64,000 nt of DNA, taken from Pseudomonadota bacterium (GTDB taxonomy: Bacteria > Pseudomonadota > Gammaproteobacteria > Arenicellales > UBA868). Positions 48,788-57,924 of the stretch are shown here, piece by piece (the stretch's first letter is position 1; each line of letters begins with the position of its first letter). Location of the stretch: assembly GCA_018661145.1 (NCBI GenBank), contig JABJIU010000001.1, forward strand, positions 2,176 to 66,175, in the 5' to 3' direction. Made by a program: the position numbers and the translations under genes. The notes beneath the pieces were generated by a model, which was not told where the DNA came from, ran no database searches, and saw nothing but the letters and a program-made list of their open reading frames with translations.

Positions 48788-51073
48788 TTGGCAAATATCT
48801 ACCAACATAACCCAGCAGAAGGTTCGCTAAAGCAGTCTGAAGGGGAGAGCGTCCCAAAAAAGAAAGCCACCAGACCAGGTTTCGGCCTGAGCTTCCAGAA
48901 TCTGTTCCTGATTTTTTCGCTCGTGACTATCCTGTCAACGGCACTCGTGATATTTGTTCCGTTTGATTCAACGGCGCGGGAAAATGTTGATTATCTGGCT
49001 CGGAAGATCAACGCAGAGACATCCTTACGGGTCGTCTCGGAAGTCTCTAATTTGCTTGAATCTGCTGAGCTGGTGCAGGAATCAATTTACCAGATGTTCG
49101 TAGCATCCCCGAGGATGATGTCTAATGCAGTGCAGCGAGAACAAGTCTTTTTTTCAATCTTAAAAGCCAATCCGTCGTTCTCGTGGCTGAGTTTAGGACT
49201 CTCTGACGGAAACTTCTTTGGTGTCCAACGGGCAGATCCTGTCAACTTTAGAGTGGTTGATAGCCGTCACTCCAAACGTGAGTTTGACCTGCGCAATACT
49301 CAGAAGTTTCTTTTTGTTGATGGTGAGTATGTGCCTGTCGGTCACAAATTGACGAAAAAAAATTATGATGCAAGAAAGAGGCCTTGGTACAAGCTTGCTT
49401 CTGCTGAGCCCGGCGCTACCGTGTGGACTAATCTCTACGTTTTTTCGACAAGCGGGAAACCAGGACTCAACACGGCGAAAGCGCTTCCAATTTCAGCGTC
49501 ATCTGAATCGCCAGATGTAATTAGTATTGCTTTGGAGTTAGAAAGGCTTTCAACCTTTCTGGCAACGCTATTCAACCCGTCCGCCGATTCAGCAGCATTG
49601 CGCGAGGGTACCGGCTTCATCATGACAGCGGACGGCATTATGGTTGCGTTTCCAGATCAGGCACAGGTGGTTATTGCTTCGGATAAGCCTGGGGGTAAGC
49701 TTAGGCCACGCCTCCTTAGTGAGACGACGAATCCTTACCTTAGCCTCGTTAGTGACGCTTTAGCGAGCGGAGAAGTTCCCACAGTAAATCTAGATCAACC
49801 ATCCACGGCTCTGATTGCCGATCCACTCAATCCCGAAAAACTTTTTTATGTCACGTTGAGTGCTGAGACTCGACTCGGCTGGGTTGTTGGGACGATTATT
49901 CCGGCGAGTGTGTTTCTCTCGACCATCGAAAAGAACAACGAGGTACTGATCTTTCTACTTGGAATTATGGTCGTCGTTCTGTCGGTGCTTTCGATTATTG
50001 CAGCAAGAATTGTCTTTGTTAGACCGCTAAATAGGATGGTCGACCAAATGGGTGCGATTGAGCAATTTCGCTTGCACGATGTGGAGAAGGTCTCTAGCGC
50101 AGTATCCGAAATAAAGTCTTTGTCTCGATCCATGGAGAAAATGAAAACTGGATTGGAGTCATTTGGTCGATATCTGCCCAGAGAATTGTTGCCAGAGCTC
50201 CTTAAAAAAGATCAGATTGCGGCAATTGGAGCAGAGCGTCGCACCTTGACGGTATTGTTTTCGGATATTGCTAATTTCACGACGATATCTGAAAAGCTGG
50301 GATTTCGACTTGCAGAGCACCTTGCGGCCTATTTTGAATCAATGTCCGAGCGAATCTATCGCAACAATGGTGTAATCGATAAGTATATTGGTGACGCGAT
50401 CATGGCGTTCTGGGGTGCCCCCATACCCAACGAAAACCACGCGACCGATGCATGTGCAGCTGCGGTAAGTTGCCGAGACGCGCTCGCAGAGCAAAGCCAG
50501 TCGGCGAAAACTGACGATGTAGTGTTCTCCGCACGATTTGGAATTAGTACCGGGCGTATGCTCGTCGGAAATTTCGGTTCGAACAATCGGCTGTCTTACA
50601 CGGTAATTGGGGACCCGGTAAATCTCGCGGCGCGGCTGGAAGGCCTTAACAAAGAGTTCGGAACCTCGATTCTGATTGGTCCAACAACGTATCAATTCGC
50701 ACGATACGAAATTATCGTACGACGCTTAGATCAAGTAATAGTCAAGGGTAAAACAGAAGCAGTCGATGTTTATGAATTGCTCGAAATGCATGATGGATGG
50801 GGGCCTCCAGTTATCCCAGAATGGGTTCAGATTTACGAAGAAGGCCTGAAGGCATATCTCGTTAGAGATCTCTCAAGTGCAATTGAGTATTTCACTAAAG
50901 CGAATGCTCTTCGGCCAGGCGGTGATTATGCGTCTGGAGTAATGATTGAAAGATGTCAGGGAATCACACGGGAACTTGCGGGCGAAAAACTAATTTCGGC
51001 AGAAACGATCAATAGCTCGCCAAATAAAGAAGATAAGCCCGCGCGCCTAGAACGACCTAAGCCCACTGATTAA
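48788..51073 (+). CDS. Membrane receptor-type class III adenylate/guanylate cyclase (dCache-like periplasmic domain, HAMP, CYC, C-terminal TPR-like tail)
   Basis: TM, then about 325 aa periplasmic with the Cache signature YDARKRPWYKLA, then TM and HAMP. The cyclase core reads LTVLFSDIANFTTISE, DKYIGDAIMAFWGAP and YTVIGDPVNLAARLEGLNKEFGT. Confidence 0.8.
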   Translation: MANIYQHNPAEGSLKQSEGESVPKKKATRPGFGLSFQNLFLIFSLVTILSTALVIFVPFDSTARENVDYLARKINAETSLRVVSEVSNLLESAELVQESIYQMFVASPRMMSNAVQREQVFFSILKANPSFSWLSLGLSDGNFFGVQRADPVNFRVVDSRHSKREFDLRNTQKFLFVDGEYVPVGHKLTKKNYDARKRPWYKLASAEPGATVWTNLYVFSTSGKPGLNTAKALPISASSESPDVISIALELERLSTFLATLFNPSADSAALREGTGFIMTADGIMVAFPDQAQVVIASDKPGGKLRPRLLSETTNPYLSLVSDALASGEVPTVNLDQPSTALIADPLNPEKLFYVTLSAETRLGWVVGTIIPASVFLSTIEKNNEVLIFLLGIMVVVLSVLSIIAARIVFVRPLNRMVDQMGAIEQFRLHDVEKVSSAVSEIKSLSRSMEKMKTGLESFGRYLPRELLPELLKKDQIAAIGAERRTLTVLFSDIANFTTISEKLGFRLAEHLAAYFESMSERIYRNNGVIDKYIGDAIMAFWGAPIPNENHATDACAAAVSCRDALAEQSQSAKTDDVVFSARFGISTGRMLVGNFGSNNRLSYTVIGDPVNLAARLEGLNKEFGTSILIGPTTYQFARYEIIVRRLDQVIVKGKTEAVDVYELLEMHDGWGPPVIPEWVQIYEEGLKAYLVRDLSSAIEYFTKANALRPGGDYASGVMIERCQGITRELAGEKLISAETINSSPNKEDKPARLERPKPTD

Positions 51074-51191
51074 ATAAGTGAAGGATGTGTAGCCGTCCTA
51101 TAAGAAGATATTTCCTGATAGCAGGCGAGGGATACAGCTTTTGAGCAGTTTATAGAATCGAAAAAGAATAATCTGGAACACTAGGAAAGGG

Positions 51192-52619
51192 GTGAGACAA
51201 AGAACGATGACTACACAATCAGCCGAAGAAAATCTAAGCCAAAGGGCAACACGTCCGAAAATGGGATGGAGCATTTTGCGTATGGTTGTGCTCTCGATCA
51301 TTGTGGGGATTCTTGCAGCGGGTCTTGCCAAGCTATTGCTGATGGCTATCGGCCTGACTGAGACCTACCTTCACGATGGAGCATTATTCAACGTCGATGG
51401 CACGCCATTAATGGATCTTGCAAAAGAGCAAGGGATTGAAAATGCGACTCTGCGACCTTTTAACGTGATTGTCATGGTCGTTTTTGGGTTAATCGTAGGG
51501 TGTATGACTTATTACTTGATGCCAAACAGAGCGAACAGAGGGTTGTCTCATGTAATTGAAGATGTCCACTTCAACAAGGGTACCACCGGTGTTAAAGAAG
51601 GCCTCACTGTCGGTGCGATCAGTGCGGTTTCTATCGGGGCAGGCGCCTCTGTAGGCCGGTTCGGCCCGGCTGTCCATCTTGGAGCGGCGGCTGCATCGGG
51701 GTTAGGGGCTGTGCTTAAGCTAGATGATCAGGAGCGACTGACTCTGAGTTGTGCAGGCATGGCGGCCGCAATCTCTGCCTCCTTTTTATCTCCCCTGGCA
51801 GCGGTAATCTTTGTGCAAGAGGTCGTTTTGCGGCAGTGGCGCTTATATCAGTTCATACCGATCGCCGCGGCGGCGGTAGCGGCTTCGGAGACCGCGGCGC
51901 TCTTGGATGTTCATTTCATCATCCCAAGTGAAATCATTCCAGACTTCGTGAACCCATATGAGTTTATCTTTTTTGGAATTATCGGACTGCTCTGCGGTGG
52001 ATTGGCGATCGCATTTAATCGCGCCTTACCGGCCGCGGTTGCACTGGTTGGCAAGCATGTGAAGATAGACAACCGTTTAAAGCCGGCGTTGGGCGGTTTA
52101 GTGCTAGCCGGGATCGGATTCTACTTTCCCTCAGTGCTGGGCCTAGGCGGTTATGAGACTCAGCTCGCGGTCGCTGGCGGAATCGCTCTCAAGCTATGCT
52201 TGATTCTGTTAGCTCTGAAATTTGTAGCGACTATCGCGAGCTTTGCGTTCGGATTCAATGGAGGAGTATTCGGCCCCAGCCTCTTTATGGGAGCGATGCT
52301 TGGCTTAGCTGTTGGGTTGATGGTCGAGGGTGCCGGAGTTGAGATCGCAAGCCTGTCCTTGTATGCACTGGCGGGCATGGGTGCTATGGTGGCGGGAGTA
52401 GTTGGAGCAGTCATGTCAGCGATCATCATGATGATCGAAATGACAGGCCGCTTGACCACCTCTTTGCCGCTGCTTTTCTCGGTTACATGTGTGTACGTGG
52501 TAATTTATCTGACCGGACAAAGCTCGTTACTTGTGAACCAGTTGAAAGGGAGAGGTAAAAATCCCTGGGAAGAGATTCGAGCCTCCGACAAGAAGTACAC
52601 GGGTGTGAAGGAATCCTAG
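51192..52619 (+). CDS. ClC-family chloride channel/antiporter
   Basis: About 10-12 TM segments, with selectivity-filter-like GAGASVGRFGP and GGVFGPSLFMGA motifs. Confidence 0.75.
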   Translation: MRQRTMTTQSAEENLSQRATRPKMGWSILRMVVLSIIVGILAAGLAKLLLMAIGLTETYLHDGALFNVDGTPLMDLAKEQGIENATLRPFNVIVMVVFGLIVGCMTYYLMPNRANRGLSHVIEDVHFNKGTTGVKEGLTVGAISAVSIGAGASVGRFGPAVHLGAAAASGLGAVLKLDDQERLTLSCAGMAAAISASFLSPLAAVIFVQEVVLRQWRLYQFIPIAAAAVAASETAALLDVHFIIPSEIIPDFVNPYEFIFFGIIGLLCGGLAIAFNRALPAAVALVGKHVKIDNRLKPALGGLVLAGIGFYFPSVLGLGGYETQLAVAGGIALKLCLILLALKFVATIASFAFGFNGGVFGPSLFMGAMLGLAVGLMVEGAGVEIASLSLYALAGMGAMVAGVVGAVMSAIIMMIEMTGRLTTSLPLLFSVTCVYVVIYLTGQSSLLVNQLKGRGKNPWEEIRASDKKYTGVKES

Positions 52620-52844
52620 TAACCTATTCAAGTTCCGCCAGTAAGCGGGGTTATGCGGCACTATGGACAACGCACTAAATATGTGCATAGTAGATATCGT
52701 TACTCGTTTAAAGATCTACCAGAAGTTCTGGAGCCTTGATGACATTTTGGAGACTTAGAGATTTTATGGCCGTCGAGGGGGTTAGTTGCTCGGTCTACTT
52801 ACTCCAAATGACAAGAGGCCGGAGAGTCGTCAAGACTCTTGTGC

Positions 52845-52873
52845 TTGACAAATTGGCGTATGGTGTAAAAATT
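52845..52873 (+). promoter_or_regulatory. Candidate sigma70 promoter for the T6SS operon
   Basis: Perfect -35 TTGACA (52845-52850), a 16-nt spacer, and an extended -10 TGT-AAAAAT (52864-52872). It lies about 135 nt upstream of the tssB ATG. Confidence 0.3.
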
Positions 52874-53004
52874 AGGTCGTCGATAGGCGATGCTAGATCG
52901 CATGAGAGAAATATCTAGAGCCTAATCCCAGATTGGATTTTTTCGGCATTAGGGCAGTTCGCCCAGTGCCGTGGAACTTTTTATTTACAACAGGAGATAA
53001 ACAG

Positions 53005-53445
53005 ATGGCAAAAGGTTTGGACAGCGCGGTAGCGCCTAAGGAGCGGATCAATATCGTCTATCAGCCAGCTACAGGTGGCCGTAAAGAGCAGATTGAATTA
53101 CCGCTAAAGGTGATGGTCCTCGGAGACTTTCATGGCCGAAAAGATTCTCGTCTTTCGGACCGAAGTGCGTCTGAAGTAACTTCGCCATCCGTCGACAGTG
53201 TGATGGCATCTATGGATGTTGCAACCGAATACTCAGTCCCTAATACCCTTACTGGAAAAGGTGAGGTAAAAGTCAGTCTCGAGTTCAATAGTATGAAAGA
53301 CTTGAGTCCGTCTGCGGTAATCGATCAAATCCCGGAACTCAAAAAGATGCTGGGGCTACGTGATGCACTAAAAGCTCTACGCGCTCCGATAGGCAACTCC
53401 TCGGACTTCAGAAAGCTAATCGACGAGAAAGTCTCTAGCAAATAG
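53005..53445 (+). CDS. tssB: T6SS contractile sheath small subunit
   Basis: AGGAGA lies 8 nt upstream of ATG at 53005. PKERINIVYQPATGG...IELPLKVMVLGDFHGR and C-terminal IPELKKMLGLRDALKAL are typical of TssB/VipA. Confidence 0.85.
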   Translation: MAKGLDSAVAPKERINIVYQPATGGRKEQIELPLKVMVLGDFHGRKDSRLSDRSASEVTSPSVDSVMASMDVATEYSVPNTLTGKGEVKVSLEFNSMKDLSPSAVIDQIPELKKMLGLRDALKALRAPIGNSSDFRKLIDEKVSSK

Positions 53446-53480
53446 TCAACTAAGAAAACAGATTCAATAGGATTTTTATT

Positions 53481-54932
53481 ATGGTTAAGACAGCTGTTGT
53501 GGATGAGGTATTAGGGGCTTCCGGTCTGGCTCTTCCTGATGATTCGGTTGACTCGGCAAAAGAGGCAGTCGTCACTTTAATTGAGCGCGCATCGGCCCAG
53601 GAAAATGGGGCGGCTAGGGTAGACCGTCGTTTGGTAGACGCCGTCATCGCGGAGCTCGATCAGAAAATCAGTGAGCAGATGGATCAAGTACTGCATCATG
53701 AATCGTTCAAGTCGATCGAATCGGCGTGGCGTCAGCTAGATTTTCTTGTTTCTAGGACAAATTTCCGAGAAAACATCAAGCTACAGGTCTTGGATGTCAC
53801 AAAAGAGGAGCTCGCTGAGGATTTTGGGGATGCTTCTGAAATTAGTGACTCAAGTCTCCACAGAATGGTCTATACGGATGAGTACGGTCAGTTCGGAGGC
53901 GAGCCGGTTGGTGCACTGGTCGGCGCCTACGAATTCGGTCCAGGTGAAAAGGACTGCGAATTGCTTAAGTGTATGGCGAATGTTGCAGGCATGGCCCATG
54001 CGCCATTTATTGCTGCAGCTAGCTCCTCTTTCTTGGGTCTGGAGTCCTGGGGTGATCTGTACAAACTCAAAGACCTCGAGTCTGTGTTTGATTCCCCAAC
54101 ATATAGAACGTGGAACGGGCTACGGGATGTGGAAGACTCGCGTAACGTGTGCCTCACGTTGCCAAGGTTTTTATTGCGCGCACCTTACGGTCCGCAGAAT
54201 GAGATCGCTGATTTTGACTATGAAGAGAATGCGGTGGAAGGGGATGACTTGTGTTGGGGTAATGCGGCATTTGCTTTGGCCACGCGAGTGGTTGATTCCT
54301 TCGCCAAGTACCGCTGGTGTCCAAACATCATCGGCCCGAAAAGCGGTGGTGCAGTTACGGGTCTCCCGTCCTACGTATACGACCGAGACGGTAAGTTTTT
54401 TGTAGCAGGTCCTGTCGAGATTCCAATCTCAGACCGGCGCGAATATGAGTTTAGCAACTTGGGCTTCGCGCCATTGACGTTGCGTAAGGGGACTGACAAC
54501 GCGTCGTTCTTCTCAGCAAACTCAATTCAGAAAACCAAATTTTTTGGATCAGACGCAGAAGCTAAGCAAGCAGAATTGAACTACAAACTCGGGACGCAGC
54601 TGCCGTATCTCTTCGTCGTCACTCGATTGGCCCACTACTTAAAAGTGCTTCAGAGAGAAAACTTAGGAGGTTGGGTATCACGCGGCGAAATAGAGGCGGA
54701 GTTGAACCGCTGGATTAGAAGTTACGTCGCTGACCAGGAAAATGTGCCATCGGCAATGCGGAGCTCGAGACCCTTACGAAACGCAAAAATAGCGGTTTCC
54801 GATATTCCCTCGAGTGCAGGTTGGTTTGCAATTAGCATGGAAGTAACACCGCACTTTAAGTTTATGGGAGCGAACTTCACATTATCACTTACGGGTTCGG
54901 TCGAGGCTGGAGAAGCAGCAGCAGAAGCGTAG
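53481..54932 (+). CDS. tssC: T6SS contractile sheath large subunit
   Basis: 483 aa. HHESFKSIESAWRQLDFLV, DEYGQFGGEPVGALVGAYEFG, HAPFIAAAS, LTLPRFLLRAPYG and the C-terminal PHFKF block are typical of TssC/VipB. Confidence 0.9.
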   Translation: MVKTAVVDEVLGASGLALPDDSVDSAKEAVVTLIERASAQENGAARVDRRLVDAVIAELDQKISEQMDQVLHHESFKSIESAWRQLDFLVSRTNFRENIKLQVLDVTKEELAEDFGDASEISDSSLHRMVYTDEYGQFGGEPVGALVGAYEFGPGEKDCELLKCMANVAGMAHAPFIAAASSSFLGLESWGDLYKLKDLESVFDSPTYRTWNGLRDVEDSRNVCLTLPRFLLRAPYGPQNEIADFDYEENAVEGDDLCWGNAAFALATRVVDSFAKYRWCPNIIGPKSGGAVTGLPSYVYDRDGKFFVAGPVEIPISDRREYEFSNLGFAPLTLRKGTDNASFFSANSIQKTKFFGSDAEAKQAELNYKLGTQLPYLFVVTRLAHYLKVLQRENLGGWVSRGEIEAELNRWIRSYVADQENVPSAMRSSRPLRNAKIAVSDIPSSAGWFAISMEVTPHFKFMGANFTLSLTGSVEAGEAAAEA

Positions 54933-54950
54933 TGGCAACTGTTGACAGCA

Positions 54951-55030
54951 TCAGGAGCGCTGAATTGGGTCTCTAGAAAGTTTCATCCTAGAGTGTGATC
55001 CCGGTCACACCAATTCAGACCAGCTCCTGA
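54951..55030 (+). promoter_or_regulatory. Structured tssC-hcp intergenic RNA element (predicted three-way junction)
   Basis: The outer stem pairs tcaggagc/tgaattg(g) (54951-54968) with (c)caattca/gctcctga (55010-55030). It encloses hairpin ctctag...ctagag (54971-54993) and hairpin tgtga-tcccgg-tcaca (54994-55009). Confidence 0.4.
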
Positions 55031-55077
55031 TACCGTACAAATTCGATCGACAACTCTTTTAATGAAGGAGAACTAGT

Positions 55078-55578
55078 TTGGCTTACAACATTTATTTGGA
55101 AATAGCGGATATTTCTGACGGTGCAAACACAGAAGATAGTATCGGCCAATTCGCCGTAGCGGAACATGAAGATGAAATATCTGTTCTCGAGTTCCATTGG
55201 GGAATGTATGTCCCAACGGATCAGCTTTCAGGTCAGATCACGGGAAACCGTCGGCACCAGCATCTAACGATTAAGAAGCACCTCGACGCTTCATCGCCGC
55301 TGCTAGCGCAGGCCTTAACCAATCCGACGCCTTTAGAATGTACATTCGCATTCTTTAGGCCTGGGGATATCGGAGGAGATGGTGACCCCGAGCCGTTTTA
55401 TGAAATCGTTATTGAGGGAGCGAAAGTGACGAATATTGAAGTATCGTCGCCTAATATCCTAGATCCCGCAAACGATAATATCCCTGCTTATGAATTAGTT
55501 ACTTTCGCCTACAACAAAGTAACGGCATCTCACGAGCCTGGTGGAACGGAGTTTGAGGATACGTGGAGCGGCGAATAA
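55078..55578 (+). CDS. hcp: T6SS inner tube protein Hcp
   Basis: TTG start with AAGGAGA upstream. 166 aa. MAYNIYLEI...ISVLEFHWGM...KHLDASSPLLAQALTN...VTFAYNKV follows the Hcp pattern. Confidence 0.8.
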   Translation: MAYNIYLEIADISDGANTEDSIGQFAVAEHEDEISVLEFHWGMYVPTDQLSGQITGNRRHQHLTIKKHLDASSPLLAQALTNPTPLECTFAFFRPGDIGGDGDPEPFYEIVIEGAKVTNIEVSSPNILDPANDNIPAYELVTFAYNKVTASHEPGGTEFEDTWSGE

Positions 55579-55613
55579 TAAGCGTAGTTTGATTTCGTTT
55601 CTTGCTGAAAAAC

Positions 55614-55656
55614 ACAGGCTGGCCGGTCTAGAGATCGTCCAGCCTGTTGCTGTTTT
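55614..55656 (+). terminator. Probable intrinsic terminator/attenuator after hcp
   Basis: 9-bp stem acaggctgg / ccagcctgt with a 16-nt loop, followed by tgctgtttta. Confidence 0.45.
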
Positions 55657-55777
55657 ACGAAACCTGAAAATTAATGAATACTCTAGCTACTTTCTTCGCC
55701 ATAACGTGTACTCATTTTCGGGATCGCTCGTATTGGCGTTGTACGGTAGTCCTAAGAGAGACGTTTGAGTAGGCTCT

Positions 55778-56425
55778 ATGCATCTTAAATTTCAATCGGT
55801 ATTGGTGATGATAATCGTCATCGGTCTTGCTGGATGCATCACGCGCCCAGTCGAGGTTACGAAGCCATTAAAGCTGAGCCAAGTGACGGCGGGTAATTTA
55901 CCGGAGCAAGCTGGGGCGCTCACCGTTAACATTGTAGCGGACGACGATCTAAACTGGTTTGGCAATACAAATAACGGATTGATGATAGGATTCCTCCAGG
56001 CCAGTAGTCGGGGCATTATTTCGGAAATTGGAAGAAGCTCGCTTGGTCTTCAGAAGATTCTAGAAGGGGATCTTGATGATCCGGCGATAATAAGTATTGA
56101 TACTTTCAGGGTTCAACCAGGATCACGATCAACGATAGTTTTGACTCGTGGCGAGATGTCGAAGCATTTGGCGATCGTTGCCGGCTACTATGACTTAAAG
56201 CCCAATAAATCACTGCTGGTGTTTGATACATCGATTTTTCTAGATCGAACTTATCATGCAGACCCGTTCGCGCTGTTTCACAACGATACCCCAATGTATG
56301 CGCCCTATGAGCTAATCGATCTCAAATTGGGGTCGGAGGAGATAGATGTAAACGAAACTACATCCACTCTCTTTTGGCTTGAGGCGCCCGGCCTGTTGGG
56401 TCGGTTTCTTTACAACGTTCCTTGA
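55778..56425 (+). CDS. tssJ: Outer-membrane lipoprotein, probable T6SS TssJ
   Basis: Lipobox VIGLAGC. Its position immediately upstream of tssK-tssL-tssM fits TssJ. At 215 aa it is larger than typical TssJ. Confidence 0.55.
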   Translation: MHLKFQSVLVMIIVIGLAGCITRPVEVTKPLKLSQVTAGNLPEQAGALTVNIVADDDLNWFGNTNNGLMIGFLQASSRGIISEIGRSSLGLQKILEGDLDDPAIISIDTFRVQPGSRSTIVLTRGEMSKHLAIVAGYYDLKPNKSLLVFDTSIFLDRTYHADPFALFHNDTPMYAPYELIDLKLGSEEIDVNETTSTLFWLEAPGLLGRFLYNVP

Positions 56426-56544
56426 GCCTGGGTTGGTTTAGGTGCGGAGCTGTCATCGCGCAGCGTTGATTGAAGTGCCGGGCAGCAAGGAGAAACGCTA
56501 CTTGTCTAGCTTGATGGACGAACGGCGAACTAGGAGTTGAGACA

Positions 56545-57912
56545 ATGAATTATGGAAGGCAACCGAAATGGTACTCAGGGCAGTTTCTGGAGTCCCAACA
56601 TCTTCAGTACCTGACCAATCATGTAGCGCAACTGCAAGGGGAGGCTTTAAAGATCGTACCCAACGAGACCTGGGGCTTCGCTCAATTAGAGCTAGACAAT
56701 AGCCTGCTTCAGGCGGGAACACTGCGTATCAAGGCAATGACCGCGGTTACGCAGGATGGTACGTTTGTGGAGTTCCCCGGGAACTGCAAGGCGCCGGATC
56801 TCCAATTTTCCGACCAGTGGACAGATTCAGCTAGGCCACTGGAGGTCTATCTCGGTCTTAGGCGCTATAACCCCTCTGCTCCCAACGTAGCGGCTGGCGA
56901 CAGCGGTGGGCGGAGCAGCAACAGTGCTCCACTTGAGTTACTCGACTTCAACGACGCCGACCGATCCGTGAAGGTTGACCTAATCGAATACAACATTCGA
57001 TTGTTCACAAATTATGATGTAGACGCTGCAAGTGATTACGAGTTGTTACATGTTGCGCGTCTCACCATGGATGATAGCGTTGTTCAACATGATCCTCAGT
57101 TTTCTTTCCCAACTAGTAATTTACGAGGTTCTGATGTGTTGGAGTCGCTTGCCCAGCAGTTTTATCAACAGGTGATGGCTACGGCACGGGGGTTGGAGGA
57201 GATTAAAAATACGTTCAACGGTAGTTCAATGGAGTACGGCAGGCGCGAGGCACGGTTGATGGCTGGTATGCAAGCGTTGAGTGAATGCACCGCAAGTATG
57301 AGGCATCAGATGGGCAACCCTTTCGTGCATCCCGCCGCCCTTTTTGGAGCCGTGAATATTCTGATCTCCAGGCTTAGTGCGTTTTCAGACCTCATCGACC
57401 TTACCGGGAGTTATCGTGGCGGGTCTTCAGAGTTACTTAATTATGATCATGGGAATCCTGCGGCGTGCTTCCGGAGAGCGCTCGAGTTAATTCCAATCCT
57501 CCTTGATGAGCTGACGCCTACCCCCAGGCTTGTCGTGCCATTCGTGAATGTCGGTGGAGAGCGCCTATATACCGAAGTACCATCTCATTTTTTCGGGGAC
57601 AACGTTGATTTCTTTCTAATGATCGAAAGTTCGGACGAGGAAAACTCATGGGTTCCAGGTTTTCAGTCCAATGTTCGAATAGCGGCTGAGAGCGAAATGA
57701 AAGATCTGATTCGCTTCTCACTATCTGGCCTGCCATGCCAGTTTTCACCATCTCGGCCCGCCGGTGCGCCAATTCGAGAGAAGGCATTCTTTTTTAAATT
57801 GAACACTCATTCAAAGGTTTGGAGAACAATTGCGGATGAGCGAGACATCGCGATTGAGTGGAAGGAAATTCCGGCTGAGGTCTCAGTCGAGCTCGTCGCG
57901 GTTCAGAAGTAG
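56545..57912 (+). CDS. tssK: T6SS baseplate subunit TssK
   Basis: The N-terminus KWYSGQFLESQHLQYL matches the TssK W.eG.fL.PQHfQ signature. 455 aa. Confidence 0.8.
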   Translation: MNYGRQPKWYSGQFLESQHLQYLTNHVAQLQGEALKIVPNETWGFAQLELDNSLLQAGTLRIKAMTAVTQDGTFVEFPGNCKAPDLQFSDQWTDSARPLEVYLGLRRYNPSAPNVAAGDSGGRSSNSAPLELLDFNDADRSVKVDLIEYNIRLFTNYDVDAASDYELLHVARLTMDDSVVQHDPQFSFPTSNLRGSDVLESLAQQFYQQVMATARGLEEIKNTFNGSSMEYGRREARLMAGMQALSECTASMRHQMGNPFVHPAALFGAVNILISRLSAFSDLIDLTGSYRGGSSELLNYDHGNPAACFRRALELIPILLDELTPTPRLVVPFVNVGGERLYTEVPSHFFGDNVDFFLMIESSDEENSWVPGFQSNVRIAAESEMKDLIRFSLSGLPCQFSPSRPAGAPIREKAFFFKLNTHSKVWRTIADERDIAIEWKEIPAEVSVELVAVQK

Positions 57913-57924
57913 GAAAAGATAAAA

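Noticed and set aside
51098-51331. 77-aa minus-strand ORF overlapping the start of the ClC gene
   Set aside because: It overlaps the 5' end of a strongly supported ClC gene and the intergenic promoter region, and has no motif or RBS.
52620-53004. Sigma-54 (TGGCAC-N5-TTGC) promoter upstream of tssB, as found in some T6SS clusters
   Set aside because: I scanned the spacer. Only weak partial matches (e.g. TGGAAC-N5-ATTTA) are present, with no GG/GC pair at the correct spacing. A sigma70-like candidate is reported instead.
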